This document shows, one piece after another, positions 27,812-39,164 of a stretch of 64,000 nucleotides of DNA. The first letter of the stretch is position 1. The number at the start of each line of letters is the position of its first letter. Location: positions 12,127 through 76,126 of the forward strand of contig JAZOQB010000011.1 of NCBI GenBank assembly GCA_045655865.1, read 5' to 3'. The stretch is from Eubacteriales bacterium. GTDB lineage: Bacteria > Bacillota > Clostridia > Oscillospirales > SIG627. The notes below the pieces were generated by a model, which ran no database searches, was not told the DNA's origin, and was given only the letters and a program-made list of their open reading frames with translations. The position numbers and the translations under genes were made by a program.

Positions 27812-30412
27812 TTATTTTAAGGGCTGTTCTTCCAGCGCCCGCATTTTGTATTCCATGTAATACTCTTCGGTCCAAAGAACTTCCCGGGGTTTGGATCCGG
27901 CAAATTCTCCCACAATGCCCATTTCTGCCATAAAGTCAATGAGCTTGGCCGCCCGGGCATAGCCCACGGAAAGGCGGCGCTGCAAAAGGGAAGTTGCGAT
28001 CTTCTTTTCGTGGATCGCCACCTCGATGGCCTTTTCCAAAAGAGGATCCTTATCGGCAAACAGACCGCTCATGCCCTCGCCTTCCCCCTCACTGCCAAAA
28101 GAGGAAAAGGCACCTTTTTTCTTTTCTCCGCACTTTTGTGCTTCTCTTTCGATCAGGTTGGATACGCTCTCGTCGTACTGAGCGCCACGCTGAGCGCGAA
28201 GGAAGTCGCAAACGGATTCTACCTCCTCGTCAGAGACAAAGGACCCTTGAACGCGCATGGGCTTCATTGCGCCAACGGGAGCGTAGAGCATATCTCCCCG
28301 ACCCAACAGCTTTTCCGCGCCCACCACGTCCAAAATGGTACGGGAGTCTACTTGGCTTGCAACGGTGCAGGCGATACGGGAGGGAACGTTGGCCTTGATC
28401 AGACCGGTGATAACGTCCACCGAGGGACGCTGGGTTCCAATGACCAGATGCATGCCGGCCGCTCTGGCCTTTTGGGCAATGCGACAAATGCTGGTCTCCA
28501 CCTCGTCCCGGGCGGTCATCATCAGATCCGCCAGCTCGTCAATGATAATAACGATGTGGCTCATGGGGCGCCGATCGGGATCTCCGGCGGTGATCTCGTT
28601 GTAGGAGGCCATGTCCCGCACGCCAACCTCTTCCATTTCAATAAAGCGCTTTTCCATTTCGATCACCGCCCAGTTCAGGGCGCCGGCGGCTTTTTTCGGA
28701 TCGCTGACCACGGGAACCAAAAGGTGGGGGATCCCGTTATATTTGCCCATTTCCACCTTTTTCGGATCGATCAGGATCATTTGAACCTCTTCCGGTCGGG
28801 CGTGGTAGAGCATACTGACGATAAAGGAATTCAGACACACGGATTTTCCCATACCGGTGGCACCGGCAATGAGAATGTGGGGCATTTTAGAAAGGTCGCA
28901 GTAAATGGCCTTGCCTGCTACGTCGTGACCCAGGCTGCAGTTCAAGCGGCTTTTGGCCTCCCGGAAGGGGGCGGATTCAATGAGAGAGCGAACAAAAACC
29001 GTTTCTTTGGTTTGATTTGGCACTTCGATCCCCACCGCTTCTTTTCCGGGGATGGGCGCCTCAATGCGAACGCCCCCCGCCGCCAGGGCAAGGGCGATAT
29101 CGTCGGTGAGATTGACGATGCTCTTTACGCGCACCCCACGCTGGGGCTGCAATTCATAGCGGGTAACGGTAGGGCCTTTGGAAATACCGATGATGGTGGT
29201 CTTGACCCCGAAGCTCTCCAGGGTCTCTACCAATTTTCTCCCCACGTTTTGCTGCTCCTGCAAGGAGGCGTTGGAAGAGGCCGGGGGGGCCTGTAAAAGC
29301 TCAATGGGTGGGAAGCGGTACTCCGCTTCCGCTTCTTTTTCCTCTTCCTCCAGGGATGCCCTGGAAAATACGGGCTCTTCTCCGTGCTTTTCGGAAAGAC
29401 TCTTTTTCAGCTCGATCTCGGCCCGGAGGTGATCCGGCTCTATCTCTTCCCACGGAAGGTCGGTTTCCGTTTCCGGGGCGTCCTGAAAAATACTCTGGAT
29501 CTGGTCGTGAAGACTGGGAACCGGCTCGGACTCAATTTCCTCAATGGGCCGGATCTCCCGGGCGGCGGCCTCTTCCAGGGCGCGCAGTCTCTCTTTTTCC
29601 AGCTCTTCTTCCTCCTGACGGGGCAGGCGAATGTGAACCTCGCTATCCTTCACCCGGTCCTCAGGAGCTCTTTCTTTTACTTCTTCTCCGCTCTCCATCA
29701 AGGGGCGCCGCTTTCCCTTTTTCTCCGGTGGGAAAATTTCGATCTGTTCTGCCCGGATCCGGGCGCGCTCCAATTTTTCTTCTTCCCTGGCCAATCTGGC
29801 CTCGGCCTGGCGGTCCCGGCGTTCTTCTCTGCTCTCTTTCCACTTTTCACCCATGGGCGAAAATACGCTCCGGATCAATTCCACCGGCGTTTTGCCAAAG
29901 AGAAAAGAGGAAAAGACCACAAGGGCAATGAGGGCAACCACGGGAGTAAACACGCCAACACTCTTTTTCAAGAGGGCATACATCAAACCGCCCACGGCAC
30001 CTCCCCCGGAAAAGGTCAGTCCGCTTTCGTAATTTTCGGCAAAGGAGAAGGAGACGGGGGTGCCTTGAAAGATCGCGCAAAGCACACCCAGAAAGGTCAT
30101 ATCTCCCAGGGTAAACCAGAATTTATACAAGTAGCTTCCTGCCTTCAAGTCCCGTTTATAGAAAATGGCGTGAAGGGCTAAAAGCAGGGGAAACGCCCAA
30201 GCTCCCACGGAAAAAAGTCCCGTGAGAAAAACGCTCAGCCATCCCAAAAATCCAAGCTTGTCTTCCCCCAAAATAAAACACAGGGCAAAAAACAGGGCCA
30301 CGATCCCCAGGATATAGGGCATGAGAATATGAATGGCTTTGTCCTCCGGCCGGCGGCGGGAGGGAGAAAGCTCTTTGGGCGAGCGCTTGGCAGTTTTTTT
30401 CTTAGTCGGCAT
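27812..30412 (-). CDS. ftsK: DNA translocase FtsK/SpoIIIE
   Basis: 866 aa with N-terminal TM helices, an E/R-rich linker, a motor domain with Walker A (GATGMGKS) and Walker B (IIIDELADL), and a C-terminal gamma winged helix. Confidence 0.96.
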   Translation of the reverse strand: MPTKKKTAKRSPKELSPSRRRPEDKAIHILMPYILGIVALFFALCFILGEDKLGFLGWLSVFLTGLFSVGAWAFPLLLALHAIFYKRDLKAGSYLYKFWFTLGDMTFLGVLCAIFQGTPVSFSFAENYESGLTFSGGGAVGGLMYALLKKSVGVFTPVVALIALVVFSSFLFGKTPVELIRSVFSPMGEKWKESREERRDRQAEARLAREEEKLERARIRAEQIEIFPPEKKGKRRPLMESGEEVKERAPEDRVKDSEVHIRLPRQEEEELEKERLRALEEAAAREIRPIEEIESEPVPSLHDQIQSIFQDAPETETDLPWEEIEPDHLRAEIELKKSLSEKHGEEPVFSRASLEEEEKEAEAEYRFPPIELLQAPPASSNASLQEQQNVGRKLVETLESFGVKTTIIGISKGPTVTRYELQPQRGVRVKSIVNLTDDIALALAAGGVRIEAPIPGKEAVGIEVPNQTKETVFVRSLIESAPFREAKSRLNCSLGHDVAGKAIYCDLSKMPHILIAGATGMGKSVCLNSFIVSMLYHARPEEVQMILIDPKKVEMGKYNGIPHLLVPVVSDPKKAAGALNWAVIEMEKRFIEMEEVGVRDMASYNEITAGDPDRRPMSHIVIIIDELADLMMTARDEVETSICRIAQKARAAGMHLVIGTQRPSVDVITGLIKANVPSRIACTVASQVDSRTILDVVGAEKLLGRGDMLYAPVGAMKPMRVQGSFVSDEEVESVCDFLRAQRGAQYDESVSNLIEREAQKCGEKKKGAFSSFGSEGEGEGMSGLFADKDPLLEKAIEVAIHEKKIATSLLQRRLSVGYARAAKLIDFMAEMGIVGEFAGSKPREVLWTEEYYMEYKMRALEEQPLK

Positions 30413-30746
30413 GAATCTCCTCCATGGGATGGGAAGTTAAGGCGATGATGCGGTCCATATCGTCCGGATCCGTTCCGGACAGGGCCGCCTTGTTCCGTAA
30501 AATTTCTCCGCACTTCTCACAGCGATAAATGATCACAAACCCCTTTTTGGGATGGGGCGTGGCGCTGATGGGACGCAAGATCCCCCGGCAAGGATGGGCT
30601 CTGTCACCGGGGTTTTTATCTACGTGCATGGAATACAGACACCGGGGGCAATGATCCCGGCTGGTCACCCCGTTGGGGGGGACATGGCTTTGGCAGTGAG
30701 CGCAAACAAAGCCCTCGTCCCGCATGGCAAAGCGTTTTTCTTCCAT
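30402..30746 (-). CDS. RNHCP domain-containing zinc-binding protein
   Basis: 114 aa with CAHC...SRDHCPRCLYSMHVD...CEKCGE, the RNHCP-type Cys pattern. It overlaps the ftsK start. Confidence 0.75.
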   Translation of the reverse strand: MEEKRFAMRDEGFVCAHCQSHVPPNGVTSRDHCPRCLYSMHVDKNPGDRAHPCRGILRPISATPHPKKGFVIIYRCEKCGEILRNKAALSGTDPDDMDRIIALTSHPMEEIHAD

Positions 30747-30750
30747 GGCT

Positions 30751-31281
30751 TTACTGTGCCTTGGAAAGATCCCGGTCCATGGCTCCTTTGGGCCAGGCCA
30801 GGGTGATCAGGTAATCTCCCAAGGGCATATGCTCCAGTTCGTATTGTTTTCCGTCCAGTTCCGCCAGGCCTTCCCGGACCCTTACCCGATGAAGGGCTCC
30901 GATCCCTTCCCCGGTAATTTTGGATACCGCCTCCTTGGCAGTCCAGGCCCGAACAAAGGACAGTCCCCGCTCCTTTGGGGAGAAAAACTTTTCCACGATC
31001 CGTGGGCGGATCTCAGAGCGCCGTTCCGCATCGATCCCAATGGGAAAAGGGGCAAATACGGCGGCAAAAAAGGGGCCGCAGTGGGTAACGGAAAGATATC
31101 TGTCGCCCCGGGCGAATACCGGCTTTCCGCTTTTTTCATACTCCACCGGAATGATGGGTTCTCCCAAGCTGTTAAAATATCGCCGGGCGGCAGAAACGGT
31201 GATCCCGTGAGAGAGACCTCTCACGTCCCGCCGCCACTCCAGAACAAAAAGGAAACGATTCCCGTCCAGCTTTTCAATCAT
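30751..31281 (-). CDS. 4'-phosphopantetheinyl transferase (Sfp-type)
   Basis: GIDAE and WTAKEAVSK motifs. ATGA overlap with the gyrA stop. Confidence 0.8.
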   Translation of the reverse strand: MIEKLDGNRFLFVLEWRRDVRGLSHGITVSAARRYFNSLGEPIIPVEYEKSGKPVFARGDRYLSVTHCGPFFAAVFAPFPIGIDAERRSEIRPRIVEKFFSPKERGLSFVRAWTAKEAVSKITGEGIGALHRVRVREGLAELDGKQYELEHMPLGDYLITLAWPKGAMDRDLSKAQ

Positions 31282-33854
31282 TCTTCTTCTCCGGAAATCT
31301 CATCATCGGAAAGATCGATCTCTTCCACGTCCTCTTGGCTTTCCAGATCGGGAATTTCCTCGTCACACAGTTCTTCCCCGGATTCCACTACGTTTTCCGC
31401 GTCCTTCTCCAGCTCCTTCTCCGCTTTCACTCGCTGGAAGGAGGTCAGACTCTCCCCTTCTTCGGTGCGCATCACGTAGATACCGCTGGCAGAGCGGCTA
31501 ACCAGAGAGATCCCTCTGGCATTGACCCGAACCAGCTTTCCGTTGGAGGCAATGAGGATCAGATCGTCCTCTTCCTCAACAGCGGCGATCCCTACAAGGC
31601 GAACGCCGGCCTTGCCGCCCAATTTCTGGCAGATCATACCCTTACCGCCGCGGTGCTTGGCGGAAAATTCGGAAAAGTCGCTCCGCTTACCTACGCCGTT
31701 ATCGGTAATGGTAACCAGGCTTCTGGTTTCTCCTTCATGGGCGATGGCAAGAGCTCCGCAGACCTCTTCACCCTGGGCCAGGCGCATGGCTCTCACGCCC
31801 CGGGCCACTCTTCCCATCAGGCGGATCTCAGATTCTTCAAAACGAACGGCCAGACCGTTTGTGGCCGCAACAAACAGATCCCGATCCCCTTCGGTCTTGT
31901 TTACGTACAAAAGCTCGTCCTCAGGAGATAAGGTGATGGCACGCACGCCGTCCTGTCGAATGTGCCGGAAGAGCTTTAAGGGTGTGCGCTTCACAAATCC
32001 GCGTTTGGTTACAAAGGACAGAACTTCCTCTGTGTTGATCTTGGGAACGGAAAGGAATGCGGTGATCTTCTCCCCTTCCTTCAGTTTCAAAACGTTTACA
32101 AGGTTGGTTCCCTTGGCGCTTCGGGAAGCTTCGGGAATCTGGAAGCACTTTTTCACGTAGAGCCGCCCGAAATTGGAGAAGAAGAACACAAAGTTATGGC
32201 TATGGCTCACGAAAATATCTCGGATGGAGTCTTCCTCCCGGGTGGTGAGAGCCAGCATACCCTTACCTCCGGTGCGCTGAGCCTGGTATTCGGAGATCTT
32301 CTGACGCTTGATGTAGCCCGCGTGGGTCACGGTGATGACCGCGGTATGCTTTTCGATCAGATCCTCCAGAACGATGTCGTCAGCGGCAGGCTCGATCTGG
32401 GTGCGACGGGCATCGCCGAACTTTCTTGCGATCTCCTGCAGCTCTTCCTTCAAAACGGCAAGAAGCTTGTCCTCGTGGGCCAGAATGTCCTCCAGCTTTT
32501 CCACCAGAGCCTGCTTTTCCGCCATCTCTTCCAGGATTTTTTCAATTTCAAGACCGGCCAGACGACCCAGGGGCATTTCCACAATGGCCTGACCCTGAAT
32601 ATCGGAAAGATGAAAGCGCTCAATCAAAGCTGCCTTGGCTTCGGGCACGGTCTTGTTGGAACGGATGATCCGGATCACCTCGTCGATGTTGTCAATGGCA
32701 ATTTTGTACCCCTCCAGAATGTGGAGACGGGCCAGGGCGCGATTTAAGTCAAAGCGGATGCGGCGACGGGTCACCTCTTCCTGGTGAGAAAGGTAATGCT
32801 CCAGCATTTGCTTTAAATTCAGCGTTTTGGGCTCCCCATTCACCAGAGCGATCATATTGGCCGCAAAGGTGGTCTGCAAAAGGGAATATTTGTAAAGAAG
32901 ATTTAAAATGACCTCTCGGTTGGCATCTTGCCGCAGCTCGATCACCACGCGGATCTTTCCCTTGCAGCTCTCGTCCCGAAGATCTACGATCCCTTCTACC
33001 CTTTTATCCTTTACAAGGTCAGCGATCCCCTTGACCAGCATGGATTTGTTCACCTGGTAGGGAATCTCATCCACCACAATGCACTCCCGTTTGCCCCGGG
33101 TCTCAAAGTGGGTGGTGGCACGCATGGGAATGCTGCCCCGGCCGGTAAGATAGGCCTGCTCAATGCCACTGGTTCCGTGGATCTTGGCGGCGGTGGGAAA
33201 GTCCGGTCCGGGGATGAACTGCATCAGCTCCCGCACGCCGGCATCGGGGTGGTCCATCAGATAGACCACCGCGTCCACCACTTCCGTTAGATTGTGAGGG
33301 GGAATGTTGGTGGCCATACCCACTGCAATTCCCACACAGCCGTTGCACAAAAGATTGGGGAAACGGCTGGGGAGCACCACGGGCTCTTTTAATTTGTTAT
33401 CAAAGTTGGGGACAAAGTCCACCACGTCCTTTTCGATGTCCTGAAGCATGGAGTTTGCCATTTTGGCAAGCCGGGCTTCGGTGTATCGATAAGCGGCAGG
33501 CGGATCTCCGTCCAGGTTTCCGAAGTTACCGTGGCCTTCCACCAGAGGATAGCGCAGAGAAAAGCTCTGGGCCATACGGACCATGGCGTTATAGACCGCA
33601 CTGTCGCCGTGGGGATGATAATGACCCAAAACGTTACCCACGGTGGTGGCGGATTTACGGAAGGGTTTGTCACAAGTCAGATGGTCCACCGACATGGCGT
33701 AGAGGATCCGGCGGTGTACGGGCTTCAATCCGTCCCGCACATCCGGCAGAGCCCGGTCCGTAAGTACGCTCATGGAGTAGTCAATATAGGCCTCCCGCAC
33801 TTCTTTGACAATGTCCACGTTTTCAATTTTCAAGCCTTCTAAATTCAATTCCAT
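31278..33854 (-). CDS. gyrA: DNA gyrase subunit A
   Basis: 858 aa with [16 protein letters not shown], an active-site region ([10 protein letters not shown]), C-terminal beta-pinwheel repeats and a strongly acidic tail. Confidence 0.98.
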   Translation of the reverse strand: MELNLEGLKIENVDIVKEVREAYIDYSMSVLTDRALPDVRDGLKPVHRRILYAMSVDHLTCDKPFRKSATTVGNVLGHYHPHGDSAVYNAMVRMAQSFSLRYPLVEGHGNFGNLDGDPPAAYRYTEARLAKMANSMLQDIEKDVVDFVPNFDNKLKEPVVLPSRFPNLLCNGCVGIAVGMATNIPPHNLTEVVDAVVYLMDHPDAGVRELMQFIPGPDFPTAAKIHGTSGIEQAYLTGRGSIPMRATTHFETRGKRECIVVDEIPYQVNKSMLVKGIADLVKDKRVEGIVDLRDESCKGKIRVVIELRQDANREVILNLLYKYSLLQTTFAANMIALVNGEPKTLNLKQMLEHYLSHQEEVTRRRIRFDLNRALARLHILEGYKIAIDNIDEVIRIIRSNKTVPEAKAALIERFHLSDIQGQAIVEMPLGRLAGLEIEKILEEMAEKQALVEKLEDILAHEDKLLAVLKEELQEIARKFGDARRTQIEPAADDIVLEDLIEKHTAVITVTHAGYIKRQKISEYQAQRTGGKGMLALTTREEDSIRDIFVSHSHNFVFFFSNFGRLYVKKCFQIPEASRSAKGTNLVNVLKLKEGEKITAFLSVPKINTEEVLSFVTKRGFVKRTPLKLFRHIRQDGVRAITLSPEDELLYVNKTEGDRDLFVAATNGLAVRFEESEIRLMGRVARGVRAMRLAQGEEVCGALAIAHEGETRSLVTITDNGVGKRSDFSEFSAKHRGGKGMICQKLGGKAGVRLVGIAAVEEEDDLILIASNGKLVRVNARGISLVSRSASGIYVMRTEEGESLTSFQRVKAEKELEKDAENVVESGEELCDEEIPDLESQEDVEEIDLSDDEISGEEE

Positions 33855-33885
33855 ATTAGAAATTCCTTTCTCTTCCGATCAGGAG

Positions 33886-34074
33886 TTTTCCACAGCAACT
33901 CTTTCTGTGGAAAAGATGGGGTATGGGCGGTGGATTGTTTCCGGGAGAAGTGAAAAAGCTCCCTTGCCGCCCTCATTTTTTTAAATTTCTCTTTGGCCTT
34001 CTTTTCTTTGCAACGCTGTGGAAAACGCCCCTTAAATTTTGGCTTTTCCCACACAATCCACAGAGTTTTCCACA
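33886..34074. promoter_or_regulatory. DnaA-box cluster in the gyrB-gyrA spacer
   Basis: There are four exact TTTTCCACA/TGTGGAAAA copies (33886-33894, 33906-33914, 34017-34025, 34066-34074). Degenerate copies are TTTTCCCACA 34044-34053 and CAATCCACA 34054-34062. Confidence 0.6.
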
Positions 34075-34075
34075 G

Positions 34076-36205
<2,130 letters not shown>

Positions 36206-36258
36206 CTATTTCAATACGGTCTTTGTGACCGTTACAAAAACGGACCGGTGCGAGATGG

Positions 36259-36522
36259 CTATTTCTTGCAAAACTCTGATGCAAGATGGGACGCTGTGTG
36301 AGAGGAGGAATACAAACTGTCCTTGCCGTATGCGTTACACAAAACAAAGCTGTTCACTTGACTTAAATCCCGCTTTGGCAAAACGGCGTTTCCCTCTTCC
36401 CCCAGTTTTTTTAAAAAGTTCCGCGTTGTGCCTTGTACCGTGGCAGTCTCCGCATTGAGAATGAAAACCGCCTTTTTTTTCGGGATACTGGTTCCATCCC
36501 CAAGATCGAAAAATAATTTCAT
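36259..36522 (-). CDS. remB: DUF370 (RemB/YaaB-like) protein
   Basis: The 87-aa ORF occupies the conserved recF-remB-gyrB position of Firmicutes. The sequence resembles the RemA/RemB family. GAGGA SD. Confidence 0.7.
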   Translation of the reverse strand: MKLFFDLGDGTSIPKKKAVFILNAETATVQGTTRNFLKKLGEEGNAVLPKRDLSQVNSFVLCNAYGKDSLYSSSHTASHLASEFCKK

Positions 36523-36606
36523 TTTCTGTTTCCTCAGATCTTTTTGAAATCCTGATCTCTGATGGGTAAAAACTCTGCGCCGATATCTTTTTTCCGTCTG
36601 TTTTCT

Positions 36607-37701
36607 TTACCGAAAAAAGGCGCCGTTTTCCACTAAGATCCGATTTTTCACAAAGGTAAAATTTTCCGGGTCGGTACCCGTAAGGATCACCTGCTTGCCC
36701 ACAAGACCGGAGGTAATATACTTTCTTCGATGTTCATCCAGTTCCGAGAGCACGTCATCCAAAAGGTACACCGGATCCTGCCCGGTCATTTCCTTGGAAA
36801 TTTCCCCTTCTGCCAATTTCAGAGAAAGAACCACGCTTCTCTGCTGACCTTGGGAAGCAAAGGTACGGGCGGGAAAACCGTTTACCAAAAATTCCACCTC
36901 GTCCCGGTGGATCCCCTTCTGGGTGGATCCGTACTTTTGATCCTGGGAAAACGATTCCAAAAGGGTCTTTTGATATTCCCTTGCCATTTCTTCCTGGCTT
37001 TTTCCTTCTCGGTACACGTCGCTGACGTAGCGAATGGAAAGCTTCTCTTTTTCTCCGCTAATATGGAAAAAATGCCGCGGCGCCATTTCTGAGAGATGAT
37101 GAATGTAATTGGCTCGAATGGAGGCAATTTTCGCGCTGACCTGTGCCAGTCTTTCTTCCCAGACCCGAAAAAAATCCTGGGAAACTTCAGTTTTTTGGCT
37201 CTGTTTTAACAGGGCCGCACGCTGGGATTCGATCTTATTGCACTCGTTTAACAAAGAGGCATAGTAGGGTCTGAGCTGACAGATGGCCCCATCCACAAAG
37301 CTTCTTCGCTTTCCCGGACCGTCCTTAACAAGGGACAGATGCTCCGGACAGAAGAGAACCACCCGAAAAAGACCTAAAAAGTCGCTGAGTCGGGTAAGTC
37401 TGACTCCGTTTTTATAAATTGACTTTCCTTCTTTTTCATCCAGCTGCATTTTCAGCTGAAAAGGAAGTCCCTCACCGGATATCTCAATGATGACCTGAGC
37501 ACGTTTTTTCCCGTGGGCGATCATATCCGTCAAGCGTGGAACCCGAAAGCTTTTTCCGCAGGCCAAAAGGTAAATGGCTTCCACCAAATTGGTCTTTCCC
37601 TGGGCATTTTCACCCAAAAGCACGTTGCTCTCCGGAGAAAAATCAATTTGTGCGGCGGAAATGTTGCGAAAATCGCAAAGAGCGATATGATCCAGGCGCA
37701 T
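36607..37701 (-). CDS. recF: DNA replication and repair protein RecF
   Basis: Walker A GENAQGKTN and ABC-type signature/Walker B (LLDDVLSELD). It directly follows dnaN. Confidence 0.95.
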   Translation of the reverse strand: MRLDHIALCDFRNISAAQIDFSPESNVLLGENAQGKTNLVEAIYLLACGKSFRVPRLTDMIAHGKKRAQVIIEISGEGLPFQLKMQLDEKEGKSIYKNGVRLTRLSDFLGLFRVVLFCPEHLSLVKDGPGKRRSFVDGAICQLRPYYASLLNECNKIESQRAALLKQSQKTEVSQDFFRVWEERLAQVSAKIASIRANYIHHLSEMAPRHFFHISGEKEKLSIRYVSDVYREGKSQEEMAREYQKTLLESFSQDQKYGSTQKGIHRDEVEFLVNGFPARTFASQGQQRSVVLSLKLAEGEISKEMTGQDPVYLLDDVLSELDEHRRKYITSGLVGKQVILTGTDPENFTFVKNRILVENGAFFR

Positions 37702-37702
37702 T

Positions 37703-38824
37703 TTAATTTAAAAGGCGCATGGGCACTACCATGTAGTAAAAGGCGTCGGTCTGGGGACTGCGAATGGCCATTCCGGACAGGGGAGAGGTCAACTCGAAAA
37801 CGATCTCTTCCTGACCGCAGGAGGCGGCGCCCCGGAGGGCTTCCAGAAGATATTTGTTATTAAAGCCCACCAGCATGTTTTCCCCTTCCACCTGGCAGGG
37901 GATCTCCTCGTCGATCTTTCCGTTTCTGGTGGTACATTTGACCTTGACTCCGTCTTGATTTACGCTCAGGTGAATGGCGGACTTTTCTCTCTGGTCGATC
38001 AGAAGGGAGCAACGCTCAAAGCAGGCAATGGCATCTTCTACCTTAAGCTTTACCCGGGTGCGGTACTCCTTGGGAAGGCTCTTTTGATAATCGATGTATT
38101 CTCCATCCACATAGCGGGAGAAGAAAACAAAGTCCTCAAAGGCAAAGATCACGTGACGCCCGGCAAGCTCGATCCGAAGAGACAGGTCTTCCTCGTCGGA
38201 AAGAAGACGGATCAATTCTTGAAGTGTGCGGGCAGGAACCAGAAAACGAACGTCGATCTTGAGTCCTTCAATACACTCCTCATCCCGCAGCGCGATGCGA
38301 TAACCGTCACAGCCGCACATTCTCAAGGTGTTGCCGTGAGATTCAAAAAGAACTGCGGTGAGAATGGGTTTTAGATCCACCACGGCGCAGGAAAAGATCA
38401 CCTGCTGGATCATTTTTTTCAAAATTCCCTGGGGAATGGTAAATTTCTTTTCTCCGGAGAGCATGGGCATGGAAGGCCAGGCCTGGGCGCTCATTCCCAA
38501 AATTTCAAATTTTGCAGGACCTGCGGAAATGGTAGTCACAAAATTGGCATCGCTGGAAATGACAAATTCTCCGTCGGGAAGGCTTCTCACCATGGAGCTG
38601 AGCTTTAACGCATCCAGCAAGATCTCTCCTTCTTCCAGGATCTGTGCTGGAAAGGCGGTTCGAACTCCTTTTGTCATATCAAAGGACATGACCGTTACCT
38701 CTCCATCGCCCCGGGCCTTTAAATAAAGGCAGCAAAGAGCAGCGTTGGCAGCACGGGATGCAATGGCACAAAGATTGGGCGCAATGGCATCCAAAAATAC
38801 TTTTTTGTCAGCGCGAATAAACAT
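37703..38824 (-). CDS. dnaN: DNA polymerase III beta sliding clamp
   Basis: 373 aa with three-domain clamp length and sequence. It ends MVVPMRLLN (the conserved PMRL-type C-terminus) and sits between dnaA and recF. Confidence 0.95.
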   Translation of the reverse strand: MFIRADKKVFLDAIAPNLCAIASRAANAALCCLYLKARGDGEVTVMSFDMTKGVRTAFPAQILEEGEILLDALKLSSMVRSLPDGEFVISSDANFVTTISAGPAKFEILGMSAQAWPSMPMLSGEKKFTIPQGILKKMIQQVIFSCAVVDLKPILTAVLFESHGNTLRMCGCDGYRIALRDEECIEGLKIDVRFLVPARTLQELIRLLSDEEDLSLRIELAGRHVIFAFEDFVFFSRYVDGEYIDYQKSLPKEYRTRVKLKVEDAIACFERCSLLIDQREKSAIHLSVNQDGVKVKCTTRNGKIDEEIPCQVEGENMLVGFNNKYLLEALRGAASCGQEEIVFELTSPLSGMAIRSPQTDAFYYMVVPMRLLN

Positions 38825-39164
38825 AACACATATTCCTCCCGGAAATCAAATTTTGTAAATACGGCCCAAATTCAAACGGGGTCGTCTCTTTTTTTCAAAA
38901 CGCGAAAAGTAAAATGATTTTCTTTTATTTATTCTTTTTTCGTTCGTAGCCGTAGTAGGGGCGGTGAATTCTGTGAATAAAATGGAAAAAGCCCTTAATT
39001 TGGGAAAAAAGAAAGGAAAATTACGCCAATTTTTTCGGTGGAAAAACCATTTAGAAATCCACAGTTTTCACAAAGGGGGAAAGGCAAGAAAACGAAGTGT
39101 TTTTTGCATTGGTTTTTCCCCAGAAAATTCACAGGGAAATCACAGCATCTTTTGTGGAAAAAAT
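38825..39164. other. oriC: Candidate oriC (dnaA-dnaN spacer): DnaA boxes, GC cluster, TAG trios, AT-rich unwinding region
   Basis: Boxes are TGTGAATAA 38972-38980 (adjacent to degenerate GGTGAATTC 38963-38971), GGTGGAAAA 39037-39045, AAATCCACA 39055-39063, AAATTCACA 39125-39133 and TGTGGAAAA 39153-39161. GGGGC lies at 38958-38962. TAGccgTAGTAG lies at 38946-38957. The AT-rich tract spans about 38889-38940. Confidence 0.6.

Noticed and set aside
28010-29296. 428-aa plus-strand ORF.
   Set aside because: It is antisense to the ftsK motor domain and has no SD or domain signature. It is a GC-rich antisense artefact.
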